Of a stretch of DNA of 64,000 nt, positions 29,901-44,170 are shown in pieces. Under the pieces are notes generated by a model that ran no database searches, was not told the origin of the DNA, and worked only from the letters and a program-made list of their open reading frames with translations. How positions within the stretch are numbered: position 1 is the stretch's first letter; every line of letters starts with the position of its first letter. Source of the stretch: Nemertoderma westbladi. Lineage: Eukaryota; Animalia; Xenacoelomorpha. The position numbers and the translations under genes were made by a program. Where the stretch lies: NCBI GenBank assembly GCA_032718475.1, contig JAUCBJ010006714.1, positions 62,001 to 126,000 on the forward strand, read 5' to 3'.

Positions 29901-32900
29901 ACATCTACGCGTTTTAGTTTTAGCTACCAACCGTAATGTCACAACGTCTACGCGTTTTAGTTTTAGCCACTATCCGTAATGTAACAACGTCTACGCGTTT
30001 TAGTTTTAGCCACTATCCGTAATGTAACAACGTCTACGCGTTTTAGTTTTAGCTACCAACCGTAATGTAACAACGTCTACGCGTTTTAGTTTTAGCCACT
30101 ATCCGTAATGTAACAACGTCTACGCGTTTTAGTTTTAGCTACCAACCGTAATGTCACGACGTCAACGCCTTTTAGTTTTAGCCACTATCCGTAATGTAAC
30201 AACATCTACGCGTTTTAGTTTTAGCTACCAACCGTAATGTCACAACGTCTACGCGTTTTAGTTTTAGCCACTATCCGTAATGTAACAACATCTACGCGTT
30301 TTAGTTTTAGCCACTATCCGTAATGTAACAACGTCTACGCGTTTTAGTTTTAGCCACTATCCGTAATGTAACAACGTCTACGCGTTTTAGTTTTAGCCAC
30401 TATCCGTAATGTAACAACGTCTACGCGTTTTAGTTTTAGCCACTATCCGTAATGTAACAACGTCTACGCGTTTTAGTTTTAGCCACTATCCGTAATGTAA
30501 CAACATCTACGCGTTTTAGTTTTAGCCACTATCCGTAATGTAACAACATCTACGCGTTTTAGTTTTAGCCACTATCCGTAATGTAACAACATCTACGCGT
30601 TTTAGTTTTAGCCACTATCCGTAATGTAACAACATCTACGCGTTTTAGTTTTAGCCACTATCCGTAATGTAACAACATCTACGCGTTTTAGTTTTAGCCA
30701 CTATCCGTAATGTAACAACGTCTACGCGTTTTAGTTTTAGCCACTATCCGTAATGTAACAACGTCTACGCGTTTTAGTTTTAGCCACTAACCGTAATGTA
30801 ACAACGTCTACGCGTTTTAGTTTTAGCCACTATCCGTAATGTAACAACGTCTACGCGTTTTAGTTTTAGCCACTATCCGTAATGTAACAACGTCTACGCG
30901 TTTTAGTTTTAGCCACTATCCGTAATGTAACAACATCTACGCGTTTTAGTTTTAGCCACTATCCGTAATGTCACGACGTCTACGCGTTTTAGTTTTAGCC
31001 ACTATCCGTAATGTAACAACATCTACGCGTTTTAGTTTTAGCCACTATCCGTAATGTAACAACATCTACGCGTTTTAGTTTTAGCCACTATCCGTAATGT
31101 AACAACATCTACGCGTTTTAGTTTTAGCCACTATCCGTAATGTAACAACATCTACGCGTTTTAGTTTTAGCCACTATCCGTAATGTAACAACATCTACGC
31201 GTTTTAGTTTTAGCCACTATCCGTAATGTAACAACATCTACGCGTTTTAGTTTTAGCCACTATCCGTAATGTAACAACATCTACGCGTTTTAGTTTTAGC
31301 CACTATCCGTAATGTAACAACATCTACGCGTTTTAGTTTTAGCCACTATCCGTAATGTAACAACATCTACGCGTTTTAGTTTTAGCCACTATCCGTAATG
31401 TAACAACGTCTACGCGTTTTAGTTTTAGCCACTATCCGTAATGTAACAACATCTACGCGTTTTAGTTTTAGCCACTATCCGTAATGTAACAACATCTACG
31501 CGTTTTAGTTTTAGCCACTATCCGTAATGTAACAACATCTACGCGTTTTAGTTTTAGCCACTATCCGTAATGTAACAACATCTACGCGTTTTAGTTTTAG
31601 CCACTATCCGTAATGTAACAACATCTACGCGTTTTAGTTTTAGCCACTATCCGTAATGTAACAACATCTACGCGTTTTAGTTTTAGCCACTATCCGTAAT
31701 GTAACAACATCTACGCGTTTTAGTTTTAGCCACTATCCGTAATGTAACAACATCTACGCGTTTTAGTTTTAGCCACTATCCGTAATGTAACAACGTCTAC
31801 GCGTTTTAGTTTTAGCCACTATCCGTAATGTAACAACGTCTACGCGTTTTAGTTTTAGCCACTATCCGTAATGTAACAACATCTACGCGTTTTAGTTTTA
31901 GCCACTATCCGTAATGTAACAACGTCTACACGTTTTAGTTTTAGCCACTAACTGTAATGTAACAACGTCTACGCGTTTTAGTTTTAGCCACTATCCGTAA
32001 TGTAACAACGTCTACGCGTTTTAGTTTTAGCCACTATCCGTAATGTAACAACATCTACGCGTTTTAGTTTTAGCCACTATCCGTAATGTAACAACGTCTA
32101 CACGTTTTAGTTTTAGCCACTATCCGTAATGTAACAACATCTACGCGTTTTAGTTTTAGCCACTATCCGTAATGTCACGACGTCTACGCGTTTTAGTTTT
32201 AGCCACTATCCGTAATGTAACAACGTCTACGCGTTTTAGTTTTAGCCACTATCCGTAATGTAACAACATCTACGCGTTTTAGTTTTAGCCACTATCCGTA
32301 ATGTAACAACATCTACGCGTTTTAGTTTTAGCCACTATCCGTAATGTCACGACGTCTACGCGTTTTAGTTTTAGCCACTATCCGTAATGTCACGACGTCT
32401 ACGCGTTTTAGTTTTAGCCACTAACCGTAATGTAACAACATCTACGCGTTTTAGTTTTAGCCACTATCCGTAATGTAACAACGTCTACGCGTTTTAGTTT
32501 TAGCCACTATCCGTAATGTAACAACGTCTACGCGTTTTAGTTTTAGCCACTATCCGTAATGTAACAACGTCTACGCGTTTTAGTTTTAGCCACTATCCGT
32601 AATGTAACAACGTCTACGCGTTTTAGTTTTAGCCACCAACCGTAATGTCACAACGTCTACGCGTTTTAGTTTTAGCCACTAACCGTAATGTCCCAACGTC
32701 TACGCGTTTTAGTTTTAGCCACTATCCGTAATGTAACAACGTCTACGCGTTTTAGTTTTAGCCACTATCCGTAATGTAACAACGTCTACGCGTTTTAGTT
32801 TTAGCCACTATCCGTAATGTAACAACGTCTACGCGTTTTAGTTTTAGCCACTATCCGTAATGTAACAACGTCTACGCGTTTTAGTTTTAGCCACTATCCG

Positions 32901-34169
32901 TAATGTAACAACATCTACGCGTTTTAGTTTTAGCCACCAACCGTAATGTCACGACGTCAACGCCTTTTAGTTTTAGCCACTATCCGTAATGTCCCAACGT
33001 CTACGCGTTTTAGTTTTAGCCACTATCCGTAATGTCACAACGTCTACGCGTTTTAGTTTTAGCCACTATCCGTAATGTAACAACGTCTACGCGTTTTAGT
33101 TTTAGCCACTATCCGTAATGTAACAACATCTACGCGTTTTAGTTTTAGCCACTATCCGTAATGTCACAACGTCTACGCGTTTTAGTTTTAGCCACTATCC
33201 GTAATGTAACAACGTCTACACGTTTTAGTTTTAGCCACTATCCGTAATGTCACAACGTCTACGCGTTTTAGTTTTAGCCACTATCCGTAATGTCACAACG
33301 TCTACGCGTTTTAGTTTTAGCCACTAACCGTAATGTCACAACGTCTACGCGTTTTAGTTTTAGCCACTAACCGTAATGTCACAACGTCTACGCGTTTTAG
33401 TTTTAGCCACTAACCGTAATGTCACAACGTCTACGCGTTTTAGTTTTAGCCACTATCCGTAATGTAACAACGTCTACGCGTTTTAGTTTTAGCCACTATC
33501 CGTAATGTAACAACGTCTACGCGTTTTAGTTTTAGCCACTATCCGTAATGTAACAACGTCTACGCGTTTTAGTTTTAGCCACTATCCGTAATGTAACAAC
33601 GTCTACGCGTTTTAGTTTTAGCCACTATCCGTAATGTAACAACATCTACGCGTTTTAGTTTTAGCCACTATCCGTAATGTCACAACGTCTACGCGTTTTA
33701 GTTTTAGCCACTATCCGTAATGTAACAACGTCTACACGTTTTAGTTTTAGCCACCAACCGTAATGTCACAACGTCTACGCGTTTTAGTTTTAGCCACTAT
33801 CCGTAATGTCACAACGTCTACGCGTTTTAGTTTTAGCCACTAACCGTAATGTCACAACGTCTACGCGTTTTAGTTTTAGCCACTAACCGTAATGTCACAA
33901 CGTCTACGCGTTTTAGTTTTAGCCACTATCCGTAATGTAACAACGTCTACGCGTTTTAGTTTTAGCCACTATCCGTAATGTAACAACGTCTACGCGTTTT
34001 AGTTTTAGCCACTATCCGTAATGTAACAACGTCTACGCGTTTTAGTTTTAGCCACTATCCGTAATGTAACAACGTCTACGCGTTTTAGTTTTAGCCACTA
34101 TCCGTAATGTAACAACGTCTACGCGTTTTAGTTTTAGCCACTAACCGTAATGTCACGACGTCTACGCGT

Positions 34170-34685
34170 TTTAGTTTTAGCCACTATCCGTAATGTAACA
34201 ACGTCTACACGTTTTAGTTTTAGCCACCAACCGTAATGTCACAACGTCTACGCGTTTTAGTTTTAGCCACCAACCGTAATGTCACAACGTCTACGCGTTT
34301 TAGTTTTAGCCACTATCCGTAATGTAACAACGTCTACACGTTTTAGTTTTAGCCACCAACCGTAATGTCACAACGTCTACGCGTTTTAGTTTTAGCCACC
34401 AACCGTAATGTCACAACGTCTACGCGTTTTAGTTTTAGCCACTATCCGTAATGTAACAACGTCTACACGTTTTAGTTTTAGCCACCAACCGTAATGTCAC
34501 AACGTCTACGCGTTTTAGTTTTAGCCACCAACCGTAATGTCACAACGTCTACGCGTTTTAGTTTTAGCCACTATCCGTAATGTAACAACGTCTACACGTT
34601 TTAGTTTTAGCCACCAACCGTAATGTCACAACGTCTACGCGTTTTAGTTTTAGCCACCAACCGTAATGTCACAACGTCTACGCGT
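34170..34685. repeat. Local 3-mer higher-order repeat (129 bp x4)
   Basis: ACGTCTACAC marker at 34201, 34330, 34459 and 34588, each followed by two CCACCAACC-GTCACAAC monomers. Confidence 0.9.
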
Positions 34686-36619
34686 TTTAGTTTTAGCCAC
34701 TATCCGTAATGTCACAACGTCTACGCGTTTTAGTTTTAGCCACTAACCGTAATGTAACAACGTCTACGCGTTTTAGTTTTAGCCACTATCCGTAATGTAA
34801 CAACATCTACGCGTTTTAGTTTTAGCCACTAACCGTAATGTCACGACGTCTACGCGTTTTAGTTTTAGCCACTATCCGTAATGTAACAACGTCTACGCGT
34901 TTTAGTTTTAGCCACTAACCGTAATGTAACAACATCTACGCGTTTTAGTTTTAGCCACTAACCGTAATGTCACAACGTCTACGCGTTTTAGTTTTAGCCA
35001 CTATCCGTAATGTAACAACGTCTACGCGTTTTAGTTTTAGCCACTATCCGTAATGTAACAACGTCTACGCGTTTTAGTTTTAGCCACTAACCGTAATGTC
35101 ACGACGTCTACGCGTTTTAGTTTTAGCCACTATCCGTAATGTCCCAACGTCTACGCGTTTTAGTTTTAGCCACTAACCGTAATGTCACAACGTCTACGCG
35201 TTTTAGTTTTAGCCACTAACCGTAATGTCACAACGTCTACGCGTTTTAGTTTTAGCCACTAACCGTAATGTCACAACGTCTACGCGTTTTAGTTTTAGCC
35301 ACTATCCGTAATGTCCCAACGTCTACGCGTTTTAGTTTTAGCCACTATCCGTAATGTAACAACGTCTACGCGTTTTAGTTTTAGCCACTATCCGTAATGT
35401 AACAACGTCTACGCGTTTTAGTTTTAGCCACTAACCGTAATGTCACAACGTCTACGCGTTTTAGTTTTAGCCACTATCCGTAATGTAACAACATCTACGC
35501 GTTTTAGTTTTAGCCACTAACCGTAATGTAACAACGTCTACGCGTTTTAGTTTTAGCCACTAACCGTAATGTAACAACGTCTACGCGTTTTAGTTTTAGC
35601 CACTAACCGTAATGTCACAACGTCTACGCGTTTTAGTTTTAGCCACTATCCGTAATGTAACAACGTCTACGCGTTTTAGTTTTAGCCACTATCCGTAATG
35701 TAACAACATCTACGCGTTTTAGTTTTAGCCACTATCCGTAATGTCCCAACGTCTACGCGTTTTAGTTTTAGCCACTAACCGTAATGTCACGACGTCTACG
35801 CGTTTTAGTTTTAGCCACTATCCGTAATGTCCCAACGTCTACGCGTTTTAGTTTTAGCCACTATCCGTAATGTCCCAACGTCTACGCGTTTTAGTTTTAG
35901 CCACTATCCGTAATGTAACAACGTCTACGCGTTTTAGTTTTAGCCACTAACCGTAATGTCACAACGTCTACGCGTTTTAGTTTTAGCCACTAACCGTAAT
36001 GTCACAACGTCTACGCGTTTTAGTTTTAGCCACTATCCGTAATGTAACAACGTCTACGCGTTTTAGTTTTAGCCACTATCCGTAATGTAACAACATCTAC
36101 GCGTTTTAGTTTTAGCCACTATCCGTAATGTCCCAACGTCTACGCGTTTTAGTTTTAGCCACTAACCGTAATGTCACGACGTCTACGCGTTTTAGTTTTA
36201 GCCACTATCCGTAATGTCCCAACGTCTACGCGTTTTAGTTTTAGCCACTATCCGTAATGTCCCAACGTCTACGCGTTTTAGTTTTAGCCACTATCCGTAA
36301 TGTAACAACGTCTACGCGTTTTAGTTTTAGCCACTAACCGTAATGTCACAACGTCTACGCGTTTTAGTTTTAGCCACTATCCGTAATGTCCCAACGTCTA
36401 CGCGTTTTAGTTTTAGCCACTATCCGTAATGTAACAACGTCTACGCGTTTTAGTTTTAGCCACTATCCGTAATGTAACAACATCTACGCGTTTTAGTTTT
36501 AGCCACTATCCGTAATGTCACAACGTTTAAGCGTTTTAGTTTTAGCCACTATCCGTAATGTAACAACATCTACGCGTTTTAGTTTTAGCCACTATCCGTA
36601 ATGTAACAACGTCTACGCG

Positions 36620-37520
36620 TTTTAGTTTTAGCCACTATCCGTAATGTCCCAACGTCTACGCGTTTTAGTTTTAGCCACTATCCGTAATGTAACAACATCT
36701 ACGCGTTTTAGTTTTAGCCACTATCCGTAATGTCACAACGTCTACGCGTTTTAGTTTTAGCCACTAACCGTAATGTCCCAACGTCTACGCGTTTTAGTTT
36801 TAGCCACTATCCGTAATGTAACAACATCTACGCGTTTTAGTTTTAGCCACTATCCGTAATGTCACAACGTCTACGCGTTTTAGTTTTAGCCACTATCCGT
36901 AATGTCCCAACGTCTACGCGTTTTAGTTTTAGCCACTATCCGTAATGTAACAACATCTACGCGTTTTAGTTTTAGCCACTATCCGTAATGTCACAACGTC
37001 TACGCCTTTTAGTTTTAGCCACTATCCGTAATGTCCCAACGTCTACGCGTTTTAGTTTTAGCCACTATCCGTAATGTAACAACATCTACGCGTTTTAGTT
37101 TTAGCCACTATCCGTAATGTCACAACGTCTACGCGTTTTAGTTTTAGCCACTATCCGTAATGTCCCAACGTCTACGCGTTTTAGTTTTAGCCACTATCCG
37201 TAATGTAACAACATCTACGCGTTTTAGTTTTAGCCACTATCCGTAATGTCACAACGTCTACGCGTTTTAGTTTTAGCCACTATCCGTAATGTCCCAACGT
37301 CTACGCGTTTTAGTTTTAGCCACTATCCGTAATGTAACAACATCTACGCGTTTTAGTTTTAGCCACTAACCGTAATGTCACGACGTCTACGCGTTTTAGT
37401 TTTAGCCACTATCCGTAATGTCCCAACGTCTACGCGTTTTAGTTTTAGCCACTATCCGTAATGTAACAACATCTACGCGTTTTAGTTTTAGCCACTAACC
37501 GTAATGTCACGACGTCTACG
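36620..37520. repeat. Local 3-mer higher-order repeat (129 bp x ~7, imperfect); duplicated at ~48660-49560
   Basis: The GTCCCAAC monomer recurs every 129 bp from ~36646 to ~37420. Each is followed by an AACAACATC monomer and then a GTCACAAC or GTCACGAC monomer. Confidence 0.85.
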
Positions 37521-40500
37521 CGTTTTAGTTTTAGCCACTAACCGTAATGTAACAACGTCTACGCGTTTTAGTTTTAGCCACTATCCGTAATGTAACAACA
37601 TCTACGCGTTTTAGTTTTAGCCACTAACCGTAATGTAACAACGTCTACGCGTTTTAGTTTTAGCCACTATCCGTAATGTCACAACATCTACGCGTTTTAG
37701 TTTTAGCCACTAACCGTAATGTAACAACGTCTACGCGTTTTAGTTTTAGCCACTATCCGTAATGTCACAACATCTACGCGTTTTAGTTTTAGCCACTAAC
37801 CGTAATGTCACAACGTCTACGCGTTTTAGTTTTAGCCACTAACCGTAATGTAACAACGTCTACGCGTTTTAGTTTTAGCCACTATCCGTAATGTCACAAC
37901 ATCTACGCGTTTTAGTTTTAGCCACTAACCGTAATGTAACAACGTCTACGCGTTTTAGTTTTAGCCACTAACCGTAATGTCACAACGTCTACGCGTTTTA
38001 GTTTTAGCCACTAACCGTAATGTCACAACGTCTACGCGTTTTAGTTTTAGCCACTATCCGTAATGTAACAACGTCTACGCGTTTTAGTTTTAGCCACTAT
38101 CCGTAATGTAACAACATCTACGCGTTTTAGTTTTAGCCACTATCCGTAATGTCCCAACGTCTACGCGTTTTAGTTTTAGCCACTAACCGTAATGTCACGA
38201 CGTCTACGCGTTTTAGTTTTAGCCACTATCCGTAATGTCCCAACGTCTACGCGTTTTAGTTTTAGCCACTATCCGTAATGTCCCAACGTCTACGCGTTTT
38301 AGTTTTAGCCACTATCCGTAATGTAACAACGTCTACGCGTTTTAGTTTTAGCCACTAACCGTAATGTCACAACGTCTACGCGTTTTAGTTTTAGCCACTA
38401 TCCGTAATGTCCCAACGTCTACGCGTTTTAGTTTTAGCCACTATCCGTAATGTAACAACGTCTACGCGTTTTAGTTTTAGCCACTATCCGTAATGTAACA
38501 ACATCTACGCGTTTTAGTTTTAGCCACTATCCGTAATGTCACAACGTTTAAGCGTTTTAGTTTTAGCCACTATCCGTAATGTAACAACATCTACGCGTTT
38601 TAGTTTTAGCCACTATCCGTAATGTAACAACGTCTACGCGTTTTAGTTTTAGCCACTATCCGTAATGTCCCAACGTCTACGCGTTTTAGTTTTAGCCACT
38701 AACCGTAATGTAACAACGTCTACGCGTTTTAGTTTTAGCCACTATCCGTAATGTAACAACGTCTACGCGTTTTAGTTTTAGCCACTATCCGTAATGTAAC
38801 AACATCTACGCGTTTTAGTTTTAGCCACTATCCGTAATGTAACAACATCTACGCGTTTTAGTTTTAGCCACTAACCGTAATGTAACAACGTCTACGCGTT
38901 TTAGTTTTAGCCACTATCCGTAATGTAACAACATCTACGCGTTTTAGTTTTAGCCACTATCCGTAATGTAACAACGTCTACGCGTTTTAGTTTTAGCCAC
39001 TATCCGTAATGTAACAACATCTACGCGTTTTAGTTTTAGCCACTAACCGTAATGTAACAACATCTACGCGTTTTAGTTTTAGCCACTATCCGTAATGTAA
39101 CAACATCTACGCGTTTTAGTTTTAGCCACTAACCGTAATGTAACAACATCTACGCGTTTTAGTTTTAGCCACTAACCGTAATGTAACAACATCTACGCGT
39201 TTTAGTTTTAGCCACTATCCGTAATGTAACAACATCTACGCGTTTTAGTTTTAGCCACTAACCGTAATGTAACAACGTCTACGCGTTTTAGTTTTAGCCA
39301 CTATCCGTAATGTAACAACATCTACGCGTTTTAGTTTTAGCCACTATCCGTAATGTAACAACATCTACGCGTTTTAGTTTTAGCCACTAACCGTAATGTA
39401 ACAACGTCTACGCGTTTTAGTTTTAGCCACTATCCGTAATGTAACAACATCTACGCGTTTTAGTTTTAGCCACTATCCGTAATGTAACAACATCTACGCG
39501 TTTTAGTTTTAGCCACTATCCGTAATGTAACAACATCTACGCGTTTTAGTTTTAGCCACTAACCGTAATGTCACGACGTCTACGCGTTTTAGTTTTAGCC
39601 ACTATCCGTAATGTAACAACGTCTACGCGTTTTAGTTTTAGCCACTATCCGTAATGTAACAACGTCTACGCGTTTTAGTTTTAGCCACTATCCGTAATGT
39701 AACAACGTCTACGCGTTTTAGTTTTAGCCACTAACCGTAATGTAACAACGTCTACGCGTTTTAGTTTTAGCCACTATCCGTAATGTAACAACATCTACGC
39801 GTTTTAGTTTTAGCCACTATCCGTAATGTAACAACATCTACGCGTTTTAGTTTTAGCCACTATCCGTAATGTAACAACATCTACGCGTTTTAGTTTTAGC
39901 CACTAACCGTAATGTCACGACGTCTACGCGTTTTAGTTTTAGCCACTATCCGTAATGTAACAACGTCTACGCGTTTTAGTTTTAGCCACTATCCGTAATG
40001 TAACAACGTCTACGCGTTTTAGTTTTAGCCACTATCCGTAATGTCCCAACGTCTACGCGTTTTAGTTTTAGCCACTATCCGTAATGTAACAACATCTATG
40101 CGTTTTAGTTTTAGCCACTATCCGTAATGTAACAACATCTACGCGTTTTAGTTTTAGCCACTATCCGTAATGTAACAACATCTACGCGTTTTAGTTTTAG
40201 CCACTATCCGTAATGTAACAACATCTACGCGTTTTAGTTTTAGCCACTATCCGTAATGTAACAACATCTACGCGTTTTAGTTTTAGCCACTAACCGTAAT
40301 GTCACGACGTCTACGCGTTTTAGTTTTAGCCACTATCCGTAATGTAACAACATCTACGCGTTTTAGTTTTAGCCACTATCCGTAATGTCCCAACGTCTAC
40401 GCGTTTTAGTTTTAGCCACTATCCGTAATGTAACAACATCTACGCGTTTTAGTTTTAGCCACTATCCGTAATGTAACAACATCTACGCGTTTTAGTTTTA

Positions 40501-43500
40501 GCCACTATCCGTAATGTAACAACATCTACGCGTTTTAGTTTTAGCCACTAACCGTAATGTCACGACGTCTACGCGTTTTAGTTTTAGCCACTATCCGTAA
40601 TGTCCCAACGTCTACGCGTTTTAGTTTTAGCCACTATCCGTAATGTAACAACATCTACGCGTTTTAGTTTTAGCCACTAACCGTAATGTCACGACGTCTA
40701 CGCGTTTTAGTTTTAGCCACTAACCGTAATGTAACAACGTCTACGCGTTTTAGTTTTAGCCACTATCCGTAATGTAACAACATCTACGCGTTTTAGTTTT
40801 AGCCACTAACCGTAATGTAACAACGTCTACGCGTTTTAGTTTTAGCCACTATCCGTAATGTCACAACATCTACGCGTTTTAGTTTTAGCCACTAACCGTA
40901 ATGTAACAACGTCTACGCGTTTTAGTTTTAGCCACTATCCGTAATGTCACAACATCTACGCGTTTTAGTTTTAGCCACTAACCGTAATGTCACAACGTCT
41001 ACACGTTTTAGTTTTAGCCACTATCCGTAATGTCCCAACGTCTACGCGTTTTAGTTTTAGCCACTATCCGTAATGTAACAACATCTACGCGTTTTAGTTT
41101 TAGCCACTAACCGTAATGTAACAACGTCTACGCGTTTTAGTTTTAGCCACTATCCGTAATGTCACAACATCTACGCGTTTTAGTTTTAGCCACTAACCGT
41201 AATGTCACAACGTCTACGCGTTTTAGTTTTAGCCACTAACCGTAATGTCACGACGTCTACGCGTTTTAGTTTTAGCCACTATCCGTAATGTCACAACATC
41301 TACGCGTTTTAGTTTTAGCCACTATCCGTAATGTAACAACGTCTACGCGTTTTAGTTTTAGCCACTAACCGTAATGTCACAACGTCTACGCGTTTTAGTT
41401 TTAGCCACTATCCGTAATGTAACAACGTCTACGCGTTTTAGTTTTAGCCACTAACCGTAATGTCACGACGTCTACGCGTTTTAGTTTTAGCCACTAACCG
41501 TAATGTCACGACGTCAACGCGTTTTAGTTTTAGCCACTATCCGTAATGTAACAACGTCTACGCGTTTTAGTTTTAGCCACTATCCGTAATGTAACAACGT
41601 CTACGCGTTTTAGTTTTAGCCACTATCCGTAATGTAACAACATCTACGCGTTTTAGTTTTAGCCACTATCCGTAATGTCACAACGTCTACGCGTTTTAGT
41701 TTTAGCCACTAACCGTAATGTCACGACGTCTACGCGTTTTAGTTTTAGCCACTATCCGTAATGTCCCAACGTCTACGCGTTTTAGTTTTAGCCACTATCC
41801 GTAATGTAACAACGTCTACGCGTTTTAGTTTTAGCCACTATCCGTAATGTAACAACGTCTACGCGTTTTAGTTTTAGCCACTATCCGTAATGTAACAACG
41901 TCTACGCGTTTTAGTTTTAGCCACTATCCGTAATGTAACAACGTCTACGCGTTTTAGTTTTAGCCACTATCCGTAATGTAACAACATCTACGCGTTTTAG
42001 TTTTAGCCACTATCCGTAATGTAACAACGTCTACGCGTTTTAGTTTTAGCCACTATCCGTAATGTAACAACATCTACGCGTTTTAGTTTTAGCCACTATC
42101 CGTAATGTAACAACATCTACGCGTTTTAGTTTTAGCCACTATCCGTAATGTCACAACGTCTACGCGTTTTAGTTTTAGCCACTATCCGTAATGTAACAAC
42201 GTCTACGCGTTTTAGTTTTAGCCACTATCCGTAATGTAACAACGTCTACGCGTTTTAGTTTTAGCCACTATCCGTAATGTAACAACGTCTACGCGTTTTA
42301 GTTTTAGCCACTATCCGTAATGTAACAACGTCTACGCGTTTTAGTTTTAGCCACTATCCGTAATGTAACAACGTCTACGCGTTTTAGTTTTAGCCACTAT
42401 CCGTAATGTAACAACGTCTACGCGTTTTAGTTTTAGCCACTAACCGTAATGTAACAACGTCTACGTGTTTTAGTTTTAGCCACTATCCGTAATGTCACGA
42501 CGTCTACGCGTTTTAGTTTTAGCCACTATCCGTAATGTAACAACATCTACGTGTTTTAGTTTTAGCCACTAACCGTAATGTAACAACGTCTACGCGTTTT
42601 AGTTTTAGCCACTAACCGTAATGTCACAACGTCTACGCGTTTTAGTTTTAGCCACTATCCGTAATGTCCCAACGTCTACGCGTTTTAGTTTTAGCCACTA
42701 TCCGTAATGTAACAACATCTACGCGTTTTAGTTTTAGCCACTATCCGTAATGTCCCAACGTCTACGCGTTTTAGTTTTAGCCACTATCCGTAATGTAACA
42801 ACATCTACGCGTTTTAGTTTTAGCCACTATCCGTAATGTCCCAACGTCTACGCGTTTTAGTTTTAGCCACTATCCGTAATGTCCCAACGTCTACGCGTTT
42901 TAGTTTTAGCCACTATCCGTAATGTAACAACATCTACGCGTTTTAGTTTTAGCCACTATCCGTAATGTCCCAACGTCTACGCGTTTTAGTTTTAGCCACT
43001 ATCCGTAATGTAACAACGTCTACGCGTTTTAGTTTTAGCCACTATCCGTAATGTAACAACATCTACGCGTTTTAGTTTTAGCCACTATCCGTAATGTAAC
43101 AACGTCTACGCGTTTTAGTTTTAGCCACTATCCGTAATGTCCCAACGTCTACGCGTTTTAGTTTTAGCCACTATCCGTAATGTAACAACATCTACGCGTT
43201 TTAGTTTTAGCCACTATCCGTAATGTCCCAACGTCTACGCGTTTTAGTTTTAGCCACTATCCGTAATGTAACAACATCTACGCGTTTTAGTTTTAGCCAC
43301 TAACCGTAATGTCACGACGTCTACGCGTTTTAGTTTTAGCCACTAACCGTAATGTAACAACGTCTACGCGTTTTAGTTTTAGCCACTATCCGTAATGTAA
43401 CAACGTCTACGCGTTTTAGTTTTAGCCACTATCCGTAATGTAACAACGTCTACGCGTTTTAGTTTTAGCCACTAACCGTAATGTCACGACGTCTACGCGT

Positions 43501-44170
43501 TTTAGTTTTAGCCACTAACCGTAATGTAACAACGTCTACGCGTTTTAGTTTTAGCCACTATCCGTAATGTAACAACATCTACGCGTTTTAGTTTTAGCCA
43601 CTAACCGTAATGTCACAACGTCTACGCGTTTTAGTTTTAGCCACTAACCGTAATGTCACGACGTCTACGCGTTTTAGTTTTAGCCACTATCCGTAATGTA
43701 ACAACGTCTACGCGTTTTAGTTTTAGCCACTATCCGTAATGTAACAACATCTACGCGTTTTAGTTTTAGCCACTATCCGTAATGTAACAACGTCTACGCG
43801 TTTTAGTTTTAGCCACTATCCGTAATGTAACAACATCTACGTGTTTTAGTTTTAGCCACTATCCGTAATGTAACAACATCTACGCGTTTTAGTTTTAGCC
43901 ACTATCCGTAATGTAACAACGTCTACGCGTTTTAGTTTTAGCCACTATCCGTAATGTAACAACATCTACGCGTTTTAGTTTTAGCCACTATCCGTAATGT
44001 AACAACGTCTACGCGTTTTAGTTTTAGCCACTATCCGTAATGTAACAACATCTACGCGTTTTAGTTTTAGCCACTATCCGTAATGTAACAACGTCTACGC
44101 GTTTTAGTTTTAGCCACTATCCGTAATGTAACAACGTCTACGCGTTTTAGTTTTAGCCACTATCCGTAAT

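Larger units (their letters stand above)
32050..44170. repeat. Copy 1 of ~12 kb intra-array tandem segmental duplication (boundaries approximate)
   Basis: Rare variants recur in the same order in copy 2: ACGACGTCAACGCC 32951/44991 (offset 12040 = 280x43), CAACGTTTAAGCG 36521/48560 and 38542/50581 (offset 12039), TACGCCTTTT 37001/49040, ACGTCAACGC 41511/52862, CTACGTG 42461/54285. Confidence 0.92.
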
